The translations under genes were made by a program, and so were the position numbers. Under the pieces are notes generated by a model. That model did no database searches, had not been told where the DNA came from, and was given only the letters and a program-made list of their open reading frames with translations. Below are positions 9,886 to 18,155 of a stretch of DNA of 64,000 nucleotides, in pieces. Within the stretch, counting starts at the first letter, position 1. Every line of letters begins with the position of its first letter. Source of the DNA: Flavobacteriales bacterium (GTDB lineage Bacteria; Bacteroidota; Bacteroidia; Flavobacteriales_F; PHOS-HE28); assembly GCA_016787995.1 (NCBI GenBank), contig JAEUTB010000111.1:14775-78774 (forward strand). Direction: 5' to 3'.

Positions 9886-10983
9886 ATGTTCAGGGACATC
9901 GCCATCGTTCTTCTGTGTGCCATGACCACCACCGCCGCTGGCCAATGCGTCATCAGCAACACCAACGCGCCCGGCTCCGACCCCACCGATGTGGAGATCG
10001 GTCAATCCTTCATGCCTACGTGTGATGGTGAGCTGATCTTCGTGGAGATCTACTGCAACGAAGGAGGCATCAACACGGCCGGGCAGCTGCGCATCTATGC
10101 GGGGAGCACCGTTACGAGCACTCCGATCCATACGCAAGCGTTGCCCGCCACGCTGGTGGAGGCCGACAACTACTATCACATCGACCTCACTACTCCCGTG
10201 CCAGCAACGGCCTTCCAATCGCTCACCTTCGAACTGCCCATGAGCGTGGAGATACCCTTCTCCGGCGGCAACCCCTACCCCGGTGGTCGAATGTTCTACA
10301 ACGGCAACAACGCGGCGCTGTACGCCAACTCCGACATCCGCTTCAACGCGTACATCGCCTCCGCGTGCACCAATACCGCCGCCTCCTTCAGCACGGAGGC
10401 CTGCCAGGAATACACCGCACCCAGCGGAGCCGTGTACACCAAAGGTGGCATCATCAACGACGTGATCCCCAACGCGCAGGGCTGCGATTCGTTGCTCACC
10501 ATCACCGTTGACCTCACCAGCGTGGACACCAGCGTGAACGTGGCTGGCGCGGTGCTCACCGTGGGCGAACCCGGCGCCTCCTACCAATGGCTCGACTGCG
10601 CGACCGGCGAAGCCATCAGCGGGGCCGACGGACAGAGCTTCGAGCCCACGGCTTCGGGCAGCTATGCGGTGGACGTGACCGTGGGCACCTGCACCGTGCG
10701 TAGTGCGTGCGTGCTGCTCCTGCCCACCACGATCCATCCTCATACGACACCCTCACTCATGCTACGTCCGCTTTCGACGTCCGGCTTATGGTCGATAGAA
10801 GGTGATGCCCCTACTACTGGGATCGCGGTGTTCGATGCGGCGGGGCGATCGGTGGCCCACCGCTGGATGAACGGAGTGCTTGACCTGACCACCGCTCCCG
10901 CTGGTGTGTTTGTGGTGCAGGTGTGGGATGCGGAAGGTGGCGTGCGCAGTGGCCGCATCGCCGTGGCGAACAATGCCCGGTGA
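9886..10983 (+). CDS. T9SS C-terminal-domain secreted protein
   Basis: Signal peptide MFRDIAIVLLCAMTTTAAGQ. CTD-like tail: ...APAGVFVVQVWDAEGGVRSGRIAV. Confidence 0.7.
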   Translation: MFRDIAIVLLCAMTTTAAGQCVISNTNAPGSDPTDVEIGQSFMPTCDGELIFVEIYCNEGGINTAGQLRIYAGSTVTSTPIHTQALPATLVEADNYYHIDLTTPVPATAFQSLTFELPMSVEIPFSGGNPYPGGRMFYNGNNAALYANSDIRFNAYIASACTNTAASFSTEACQEYTAPSGAVYTKGGIINDVIPNAQGCDSLLTITVDLTSVDTSVNVAGAVLTVGEPGASYQWLDCATGEAISGADGQSFEPTASGSYAVDVTVGTCTVRSACVLLLPTTIHPHTTPSLMLRPLSTSGLWSIEGDAPTTGIAVFDAAGRSVAHRWMNGVLDLTTAPAGVFVVQVWDAEGGVRSGRIAVANNAR

Positions 10984-11011
10984 GCCTTGACAGCGGAAGT
11001 GCAACGAAGAC

Positions 11012-11980
11012 CTACCGCGTGCTCTCCACGCCGATCACCGGGGTGTTGAGTGATTGCACGTACCAATCGCTGCCGCTGACATCGTCGTAGCCAAAGCCGT
11101 ACGCCGAGGAAGCGGTGTACAGCACGATGCGGTTGCCGGCCACCACCTCACCGCTCACCGGGGCATTGATGGACTGCACATACCAATCGCTGCCGCTGAT
11201 ATCGTCGTAACCGAAACCGAACGCCGTGTTGGCCGTGTACAGCACGATCCGCGCATTGGATGTGACCGCCCCCAGCACTTCTTCGTTCAAGGTCTGCACG
11301 TACCATCCACTTCCACTGGTGCTGTTCTTACCGAATCCGTAGGCGGTGGTCGCCGTGTACAGGACCACACTACTGTCCGATGACAATGCACCGATCACCG
11401 GACCATCGATGCTCTGGACATACCAGCGACTACCCGAGATCTCGTAGAAGCCAAAGCCGAAAGCCGTGGTGGCGTTCCAGATCACCGCACGGCCATCGGT
11501 GGTGTGGATCTCGCACGCTCCCGGACCTTGCGGACCCACCGGCCCCTGCGGACCTTGTGGACCGGCTGGGCCCACGCTGTTGTTGGCTGCGAAGAGCGCG
11601 TAGGGTACGCTGAGCAAGGGACTCACGCCCGTGATGCTGTAGTTCGATCCACCGTTGGGATCCGTTTCGGTCTTGAGGAAGAAGGGACCGTTGCCCCAGT
11701 TGATGCCGCTGAAGCTCCCGCTGACCGGAGTCCCACCACCGATCTCAAGCGTAGCGAGGCCGTTGGCATTGGTGCTGGTGCTGTGCGTTTCCACGTACAC
11801 GGCGGTGCCACTGGCGCTGCCCTGTAGAACGCTGGCGCGCAGGCCCACGGCGCCGCTCACCACGAGGTTATCGCTGGCATCACGCAGCACGGCTTGGAAG
11901 GTCATGCGCTGCGGTGCCTGGGCCGAAACGAGCACGGCTGCGCCCGACAGCGTGGCGAAGAAGAGGTGGCGGAGCGTCAT
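11012..11980 (-). CDS. secreted collagen-like / tail-fibre-like repeat protein
   Basis: Start MTLRHLFFATLSGAAVLVSAQ. A G-X-Y run, GPAGPQGPQGPVGPQGPG, lies at 11519-11572. Four tandem ~40-aa repeats (VLYTAxTAxGFG...SGSxWYVQS) lie at 11015-11488. The ATG overlaps the stop of the upstream gene (ATGA, 11977-11980). Confidence 0.7.
   Translation of the reverse strand: MTLRHLFFATLSGAAVLVSAQAPQRMTFQAVLRDASDNLVVSGAVGLRASVLQGSASGTAVYVETHSTSTNANGLATLEIGGGTPVSGSFSGINWGNGPFFLKTETDPNGGSNYSITGVSPLLSVPYALFAANNSVGPAGPQGPQGPVGPQGPGACEIHTTDGRAVIWNATTAFGFGFYEISGSRWYVQSIDGPVIGALSSDSSVVLYTATTAYGFGKNSTSGSGWYVQTLNEEVLGAVTSNARIVLYTANTAFGFGYDDISGSDWYVQSINAPVSGEVVAGNRIVLYTASSAYGFGYDDVSGSDWYVQSLNTPVIGVESTR
11015..11488 (-). 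repeat. 4 x ~120-bp tandem coding repeats
   Basis: Near-identical nucleotide blocks, e.g. cacgtaccaatcgctgccgctgacatcgtcgtagcc versus cacataccaatcgctgccgctgatatcgtcgtaacc. They encode the repeated WYVQS / YGFG module. Confidence 0.85.
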
Positions 11981-12438
11981 TGTTTGATGAGCTGGAAGGT
12001 GCTTGGGCTGCTGCCCGTGATGCGCAACAGGTAGAGTGCCGGGGGAAGGTCGCCCAGGGGGATGTGCATGGTGGTGGCAGTGATGCTGGCCGTACGAACG
12101 ACCTGTCCGGCGGCGTCGAGCACCAGGTACTGTGCGCCCGGGTCGGGGATGGTCTCGAAGGTGAGCTGCACCCCCTCCACGGCGGGGTTCGGTGCCACAT
12201 TGACCGCAGGATCCAGTGCAGCATCCTCCACCGTTAGCACCAGGTATTCGTAGGGCTGCTGCACGCCGGCGGCGCTGGTGCCGCCTGGGCCCTGCACCGC
12301 CGTATAGCCCACCTGACCGAGGCTGTAGCTGAGCGTGCCGCCCCCGCCGGTAGCCTCGCCACCCGAGGGTACCACGCCCTGCTGCGCCCACAAGGCCGAT
12401 ACGCATAGGAACACAGCTGTAAGAAGAAGAGACCGCAT
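11977..12438 (-). CDS. small T9SS C-terminal-domain protein (signal peptide plus CTD and little else)
   Basis: Only the last 153 aa of the 645-aa track ORF look coding. They start with MRSLLLTAVFLCVSALWAQQ and end with a CTD-like LPPALYLLRITGSSPSTFQLIKQ. Confidence 0.6.
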   Translation of the reverse strand: MRSLLLTAVFLCVSALWAQQGVVPSGGEATGGGGTLSYSLGQVGYTAVQGPGGTSAAGVQQPYEYLVLTVEDAALDPAVNVAPNPAVEGVQLTFETIPDPGAQYLVLDAAGQVVRTASITATTMHIPLGDLPPALYLLRITGSSPSTFQLIKQ

Positions 12439-12561
12439 TCGTCCGCAACCTACGCATCCGCTTGGGATCAGCGAACACCCCTTCCCTTCCGCGCGTTGTA
12501 TCCCATCACCATGTCCGGCTCGCTCCAGCACCCTACATTCGTCGTGCCCCAGCGGCCTACC

Positions 12562-15500
12562 ATGCGTTCGTTCATTCTTCTCGCGGCATTGCTGCTCTTC
12601 GGCCGCGCCGGTGCGCAGGTCTGCGACCCCATCGGCAACCTCTATGTGCTCTCCAACTACAATGGAGGCATCGTCACCATCAACGTGAACGTGGACATCC
12701 CCGACCTGGTGATCGGCATCTCCACCTACGAACCCGTGCAGGTATTCATCACCGGGCCCTTCGCCGCCAACGTGACGCAGGTGCTGTACGCGGGCATGAA
12801 CTCCAACCAGAACAATGACAACTGCGGCCAGGGCAACTTCAGCACCACCATCACCGGTGTGAACCCCGGCATCGTCACCATCAACCCGCCGATGACGCCG
12901 CCCACGGTGGGCTATACCCCTGCACACGGCAACGGTACCGGCCCTTTCGGCGGTCCCGTGATCGGTGCTGGTGGCGCGTGCGATACCACCATCAGCGCTG
13001 GTGGGGTGAACACGCCGGACGAGCTGGTGTACCACTTCGAGGAACAGACCGGCGCCACGCTCTGGGCGCACCAGACACAATACGACTGCTGGCAGAACGA
13101 CATCATCTCCCTCACCGACGGCGGCAACTGCTGCATCGACCCCACACCCACGGCCGATGAATGCGACCCGCTCGGCAACCTGATGATCTATTCCAACTAC
13201 GATGGTGGTGACATGACCATCAACGTGGACCAGAACATCCCCAACCTGAAGATCGGCATCTGCACCTACGAGACCGTGTCGGTGAACTTCGTGGGGCCTT
13301 TCGTGGGCAACATCACCGAGGTGATCTACGCGGGCTTCGGAGGCTACAACAACAACTGCGGCATCAACCCCTTCGTCACCACCATCACCGGGGTGGATCC
13401 GTCCATCATCACTTCGTTCAACCAATCGCAAGGCACCACCGCCATCGCCAACTACCTCGGCGAGCCACTCGGGCCGGGCCTGCCTCCCTTGGTCAATTGC
13501 ATCAGCGGTGCACAGGGTGATTGCAGCACCACCACCAGCAACGGCAACTCCGCTCCGCAAATCGTGCAATTCTTCCTGGACCAGTTCGGCCCGGGTACCA
13601 CGCTCTACGGCCATCAGGTGCAATACGATTGTTTCTTCGGCACCTTCAACCTCTCCGATGGCGGTAACTGCTGCCTGCAGGAGACCGGCACACCGCTCAA
13701 TCCCATCTACGTGGATGGCGCCATCTACGACTTCATCCCCTGGACCGATTCCCTCCTCTGCGGCGGGCCCATCACCATCGACCTCAGCTTCTACCCCGTC
13801 ATCATCCAACCACCCAGCTACCCCGGCTATGTGTGGAGCGATGGCACCCTGGGCCCCGTGATCACCATTACCGAGCCGGGCACCTACTCCTTCATCGTGG
13901 GTGATTATTGCCACTACGCCGACGGGCTCTGGCTCACGGACACTGTGGTGGTACTACCGTGTTGCGCCTTCGGTGGTGTGGACAGCACCATCACCCCCAT
14001 CAGTTGCACGGGTGGCGCCGATGGCAGCATCACCGTGGATCCTGTGCAGGCCGGCACCTTCACCTACACCTGGAACACCGTGCCCCCGGCCGATACGCCC
14101 ACCATCAATGACCTCGCTGCCGGAACCTACGTGGTGGAGATCGACAACGGTGCGAACTGCGACACCACCGTCACCTTCACGCTCGTGGATCCGCCGCCGG
14201 TGGAAATGGAAGTGACCGGCGACGCCGACATCTGCATCGGCGAAAGCACCACCCTCACGGCCGTATGGCTCGGCACCACGGGCACTGTGGATGTGGACTG
14301 GGGGGCCCTCGGCACGGGTAACGACCTGGTCATCTCCCCCGCCGACACCACCACGGTTACCGCCACCATCACCGACGACCTCGGCTGCAGCGCCACCTAC
14401 GACTTCGTCGTGAACCCCGTGGTGTGTTGCCCCACCTACACCATCGACGCCACACTCACCGATCCGCTGTGTACCGGCACCAGCGACGGCAGCATCGCCG
14501 TGGCGGTGGCCACCACCAACACGCTCACTTACGTATGGAACACCACGCCTGCGCAGACCACCGAGACCGCCACCGACCTCGCCGCAGGCAGCTACAGCGT
14601 CACCATCACCGATGATCAGGCGTGCGACACGGTGCTCACCTACACGCTCACCGACCCGCCGGTGTTGAGCGTGACGGTGAACGGCATCACCCCGCTGTGC
14701 CAGGCGGTCACCGCCACCTTCACCGCCGAAGCCGAGGGCGGCACCGGACCGTACACCTATGCGTGGACACCCGAGGCCACCGGCCCCAGCACCAGCTTCA
14801 CCACCACCACCGATGCCACCGTAAGCACCATCGCCACCGATGCCAATGGCTGCACCGCCGAGGGTAGCTTCACCCTGGTGGTGACCCCAGCGCCCACGGT
14901 GACCTTCACCACCAGCGCCGACACCGTATGCGCGCAAGCCGATGTGCGGTTCTTCGCCGTGGGCGATCCCAGCCTGACCCTCTTGTGGGACCTTGGTGAT
15001 GCCGGTGCTTCCAGTTTACCGAACCCAACGGCCAGTTACGAATTCGCCGGTCCGCAGGAGATCTTCCTCGTGGGTACCACGCCCGATGGTTGCGCCAGCC
15101 TGCCCGTCACGCGCACCATCACCATCGCCCCGCTGCCGTCGGTGTCGCTCACCGTGGAACAGGATGGCTGCGCGCGCGGCATCACCGTGATCGCCCTCAG
15201 CGACATCGAGGCGGAACTGACCCTGACCCTCGACAGCTTGCCGCTGCCCGTGGCCTCCAGCGTGAACCGCTATGCCGTGGACCCCGGTGAATACACCGTG
15301 CACCTGCTGGCCACCACGGCCGTCGGTTGCCAGGACAGCACCGAGGTGGATGTGCTGGTGGAGGATCCGTTGGGCATCTACCTGCCCAACACCTTCACGC
15401 CCGACAACAACGGCATCAACGACGCGTTCGGCCTACCCACCTTGGAGGATCCGCGCATCTACGAACTGCTCGTCTTCGACCGCTGGGGCGCCGAACTCTT

Positions 15501-15639
15501 CCGCAGCAATACACCCACTGACCTGTGGACCGCCAGCGGCATCCCCGATGGGGTGTATCCTTATATCCTGCGCACCGAAGATCCCTGCCAGCCCACCGAG
15601 GTGCTGGAGCTACGCGGGCATGTGACGGTGTTGCGGTGA
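12562..15639 (+). CDS. large surface adhesin with SprB-type repeats, a PKD-like region and a gliding-motility type-B C-terminal domain
   Basis: Start MRSFILLAALLLFGRAGAQ. SprB-type repeats include CTGGADGSITVDP and CTGTSDGSIAVAV. The C-terminus YLPNTFTPDNNGINDAFG...VFDRWG matches the TIGR04131-type CTD. Confidence 0.85.
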   Translation: MRSFILLAALLLFGRAGAQVCDPIGNLYVLSNYNGGIVTINVNVDIPDLVIGISTYEPVQVFITGPFAANVTQVLYAGMNSNQNNDNCGQGNFSTTITGVNPGIVTINPPMTPPTVGYTPAHGNGTGPFGGPVIGAGGACDTTISAGGVNTPDELVYHFEEQTGATLWAHQTQYDCWQNDIISLTDGGNCCIDPTPTADECDPLGNLMIYSNYDGGDMTINVDQNIPNLKIGICTYETVSVNFVGPFVGNITEVIYAGFGGYNNNCGINPFVTTITGVDPSIITSFNQSQGTTAIANYLGEPLGPGLPPLVNCISGAQGDCSTTTSNGNSAPQIVQFFLDQFGPGTTLYGHQVQYDCFFGTFNLSDGGNCCLQETGTPLNPIYVDGAIYDFIPWTDSLLCGGPITIDLSFYPVIIQPPSYPGYVWSDGTLGPVITITEPGTYSFIVGDYCHYADGLWLTDTVVVLPCCAFGGVDSTITPISCTGGADGSITVDPVQAGTFTYTWNTVPPADTPTINDLAAGTYVVEIDNGANCDTTVTFTLVDPPPVEMEVTGDADICIGESTTLTAVWLGTTGTVDVDWGALGTGNDLVISPADTTTVTATITDDLGCSATYDFVVNPVVCCPTYTIDATLTDPLCTGTSDGSIAVAVATTNTLTYVWNTTPAQTTETATDLAAGSYSVTITDDQACDTVLTYTLTDPPVLSVTVNGITPLCQAVTATFTAEAEGGTGPYTYAWTPEATGPSTSFTTTTDATVSTIATDANGCTAEGSFTLVVTPAPTVTFTTSADTVCAQADVRFFAVGDPSLTLLWDLGDAGASSLPNPTASYEFAGPQEIFLVGTTPDGCASLPVTRTITIAPLPSVSLTVEQDGCARGITVIALSDIEAELTLTLDSLPLPVASSVNRYAVDPGEYTVHLLATTAVGCQDSTEVDVLVEDPLGIYLPNTFTPDNNGINDAFGLPTLEDPRIYELLVFDRWGAELFRSNTPTDLWTASGIPDGVYPYILRTEDPCQPTEVLELRGHVTVLR

Positions 15640-16030
15640 GGGGGTTGTCGTCCCGACCTTGAGAGCATTTGCCCACCATGTCTATGGGGGCTGTAGGCAG
15701 TAACGCGTTCGTAGTCCAACATCCACCGTGATCACCGGGCGGCAAGGCGTCGCGATCTCCTAGATGTAGGTCGTGCCTGGCGAGCCACGCCTACCGAGGG
15801 GTTGGTCGTGCAGCGGTGAACGAGATGCATGCGAAGAGAAGCAGCGCCACGTAGCGCCGCGTTTTGTTGGGGTGCGAACACCACGTTCGTTCGCAGGGGT
15901 TCTGTGTCGTAGTGCCTGGTGCGCTGGATGCTGAACGTCCCATTCCCAACTGTCGCCCACCGGCGGGGACGAAGCGTGTACAAGACACGCGCACCTTCAA
16001 CCGGCCCCTCACCCTCAACCCCAAGACCCC

Positions 16031-17005
16031 TTGCCCATGCTTGCACCTTACACCTTCCGTTCCATCGCCGCGCTAGCCCTGCTGTTCTGCGGAACGCCGA
16101 ACCTGCTTCATGCACAAGTGAGCTACGCCTTCCAAGCCACCTCCGCCACGTACGAACCGGTGGCGGACTACACGGTGTGCGACTTCGATGGAGATGGCTT
16201 CGACCGCATCAATGAACTGGATGGTGAACTGTTCCACTTTTTCGGTGTGCCTTTCCCCGTGGGCGATGACCATCCGCTCCACATCGGCGACTTCGGCTTC
16301 GTGCGCGTGGACAACGACAGCTCGTTGATCATCATGGACGGGCTCTTCACCACCCTGGAACCGCACGACCAGAATAGCGAAGTGCGCTATGCCATTACCG
16401 GTACCTCCGGCGCACGCACCCTCACAGTGGAATGGCACCGCTGGCATTTAAGCAACGGACCAGAGATCAATTTCGCCAGCTGGCAGGTGCGGATGGAACA
16501 AGGCACCGGTGCCATCACCATCCACATCGGTCCCAACAGCGGCGGCACCAACCTCTTCACCAACATCAGCGGACCCAACTGCGGCATCTTCTATTCGCCG
16601 GTGGACTTCTCCGGCTGCTACGAGAAGATCTGGGTCGAAGGGGCGCCCGATGCCATCGTGGTGGATAGTGCCGCCAACTACGACTTCGATGCGCTCTTCG
16701 GTTTTCCGGAGGCCAACACGTTGTACCGTTTTACGCCACGTACAGCCACCACCGACCTACCCGCCGCACCCATCGTGGGCCTGGCGCAGCTCGTGGTGAG
16801 CGGCACGCAGCTGAACCTGGAATGGCCCGCCGCACCCGCACCGCTCGCTATTACCATCCTGGACGCTACCGGGCGCACAGTGCAACGCAGCAGCACCGCG
16901 CACGACACCTGGCGCTTCAACAGCACCACCTTGCCCAGCGGTGTCTATTTCCTCCAGGCACAGGCCGGTGAAGCGGTCTACACGGCGCGTTTCATCAGGC
17001 CTTGA
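16031..17005 (+). CDS. T9SS C-terminal-domain secreted protein
   Basis: Signal peptide ...FRSIAALALLFCGTPNLLHAQ. CTD-like tail LPSGVYFLQAQAGEAVYTARFIRP. Confidence 0.7.
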   Translation: MPMLAPYTFRSIAALALLFCGTPNLLHAQVSYAFQATSATYEPVADYTVCDFDGDGFDRINELDGELFHFFGVPFPVGDDHPLHIGDFGFVRVDNDSSLIIMDGLFTTLEPHDQNSEVRYAITGTSGARTLTVEWHRWHLSNGPEINFASWQVRMEQGTGAITIHIGPNSGGTNLFTNISGPNCGIFYSPVDFSGCYEKIWVEGAPDAIVVDSAANYDFDALFGFPEANTLYRFTPRTATTDLPAAPIVGLAQLVVSGTQLNLEWPAAPAPLAITILDATGRTVQRSSTAHDTWRFNSTTLPSGVYFLQAQAGEAVYTARFIRP

Positions 17006-17120
17006 GGTGCTGGAGCTCCGCGTGCATGTGACCGTGTTGCGGTGAGGATGCATGATGGCGTGGAGCTAAGAACGACCGGCAAAGGGAGCAACCCCATGAC
17101 CGTTCCGAAGAGAAGAGGAT

Positions 17121-17134
17121 ACGGTGATCACCGG
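17121..17134. promoter_or_regulatory. palindrome ACGGTGATCACCGG ~43 nt upstream of a T9SS cargo gene start
   Basis: CGGTGATCACCG is a perfect 12-nt palindrome. The downstream leader (CACCCACCACCATGA) resembles that of the 5699 gene (ACCCACCCACCATGA). Confidence 0.35.
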
Positions 17135-17176
17135 ATGGTGTGGCCCTTGGTGAAGTGCCACCTTGCACCCACCACC

Positions 17177-18070
17177 ATGAGAACACAGCTACCCTTCATC
17201 CTCCTCATCGCGTTCTGTTCCACGGCAACCGCCCAAACGCTCACGGATGCCACCAGCATCCCGGCCGTGGGCCACAACGAAACGCGGGAATACTACAACG
17301 CCTCGAGCGCACCAGCTTGGAACCTGACCGGTACCGGCAACACCTGGGATGCCACCAGCGTGGTCACCTTCGGAGTGAGCGCCACCGTGAGCTACCGCGC
17401 ACCGGCCGCCAGTCCCTTCGCGGCAGCGTACCCGACCACTACGCTTTGTGCCGAACGCTTCCAGAACGGCAACACCGAATGGCGTCATTACCTCGTTGAC
17501 GCTGCCCATGCCGAGATGATCGGCATCAGCGCCGAGGACTTCAGCGGCGGCCGCACGTATTGCAACTTCCCCTTCACCATCGGCAACACCTTCACCGATG
17601 ATTGGTACCTCAACGGCAACACCTACAGCGACACCTACACCTATGTGGCGTCCGGTGAAGTCCTGGCCCCATGGGGCACCATCTCCGATGTGGTGATGTT
17701 CGAGACCAGCGGTGGTTTCAGCTATTACCTCTACTTGGCCAACAACTTGCTCGACCCCATCGGTGGGTACACCCCAGGCTTCGGTATCGACCTGTGGAAG
17801 GTGGACATCGCCAATGGCATCAGCGATACGTCCACGCCCACCATCAACCTCTGGCCGAACCCGACGACGGATGAACTGGTGATCGACGGGGCATCGGAAC
17901 GGGGCTTCACCTATCGCTTATCCGATATGCGCGGACAACTCGTGCACAGCGGCTACACGACCAATGAACGGGTGGTGCTTGATCTGCGCAGCAGTGCTGC
18001 CGGTGTGTACACCGTGCAGGTCACGGACGCGCGTGGGCGGCTTGCTGTGGAAAAGGTGGTGGTGGAGTGA
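17177..18070 (+). CDS. T9SS C-terminal-domain secreted protein
   Basis: Internal start MRTQLPFILLIAFCSTATAQ. CTD tail LWPNPTTDELVI...AAGVYTVQVTDARGRLAVEKVVVE. Confidence 0.7.
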   Translation: MRTQLPFILLIAFCSTATAQTLTDATSIPAVGHNETREYYNASSAPAWNLTGTGNTWDATSVVTFGVSATVSYRAPAASPFAAAYPTTTLCAERFQNGNTEWRHYLVDAAHAEMIGISAEDFSGGRTYCNFPFTIGNTFTDDWYLNGNTYSDTYTYVASGEVLAPWGTISDVVMFETSGGFSYYLYLANNLLDPIGGYTPGFGIDLWKVDIANGISDTSTPTINLWPNPTTDELVIDGASERGFTYRLSDMRGQLVHSGYTTNERVVLDLRSSAAGVYTVQVTDARGRLAVEKVVVE

Positions 18071-18155
18071 AGCATGCGCTCAAGGTGAGGCACTGGTGGG
18101 CGTTGAGCGCTCCACGAAGTCAGCCTTCGCCCCGGCTTCGGCTGACAAGGCCCAC

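Noticed and set aside
12439-13914. N-terminal ~490 aa of the 645-aa minus-strand ORF (11977..13914)
   Set aside because: It is antisense to the well-supported adhesin gene (12562-15639) and is Gly/Ala/Val/Asp-rich. Only the last 153 aa, which have a signal peptide and CTD, look real.
13954-14937. 327-aa minus-strand ORF
   Set aside because: It is a shadow ORF antisense to the adhesin gene, with extreme G/A/R/V composition. Similar ORFs were rejected on the same reasoning: 4470..5726(+), 9856..10743(-), 20070..21356(+), 23244..24206(+), 25096..26667(-), 25881..26942(+), 37338..37958(+), 39379..40449(+), 41080..41856(+), 55377..56246(+) and 59438..60439(-).
15640-16030. 390-nt gap after the adhesin gene examined for an RNA gene or small ORF
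   Set aside because: The only short ORFs here (66-127 aa, both strands) have Arg/Pro/Gly-rich composition. I recognised no tRNA, riboswitch or terminator-like structure. The imperfect palindrome at 15726-15738 is noted under findings.
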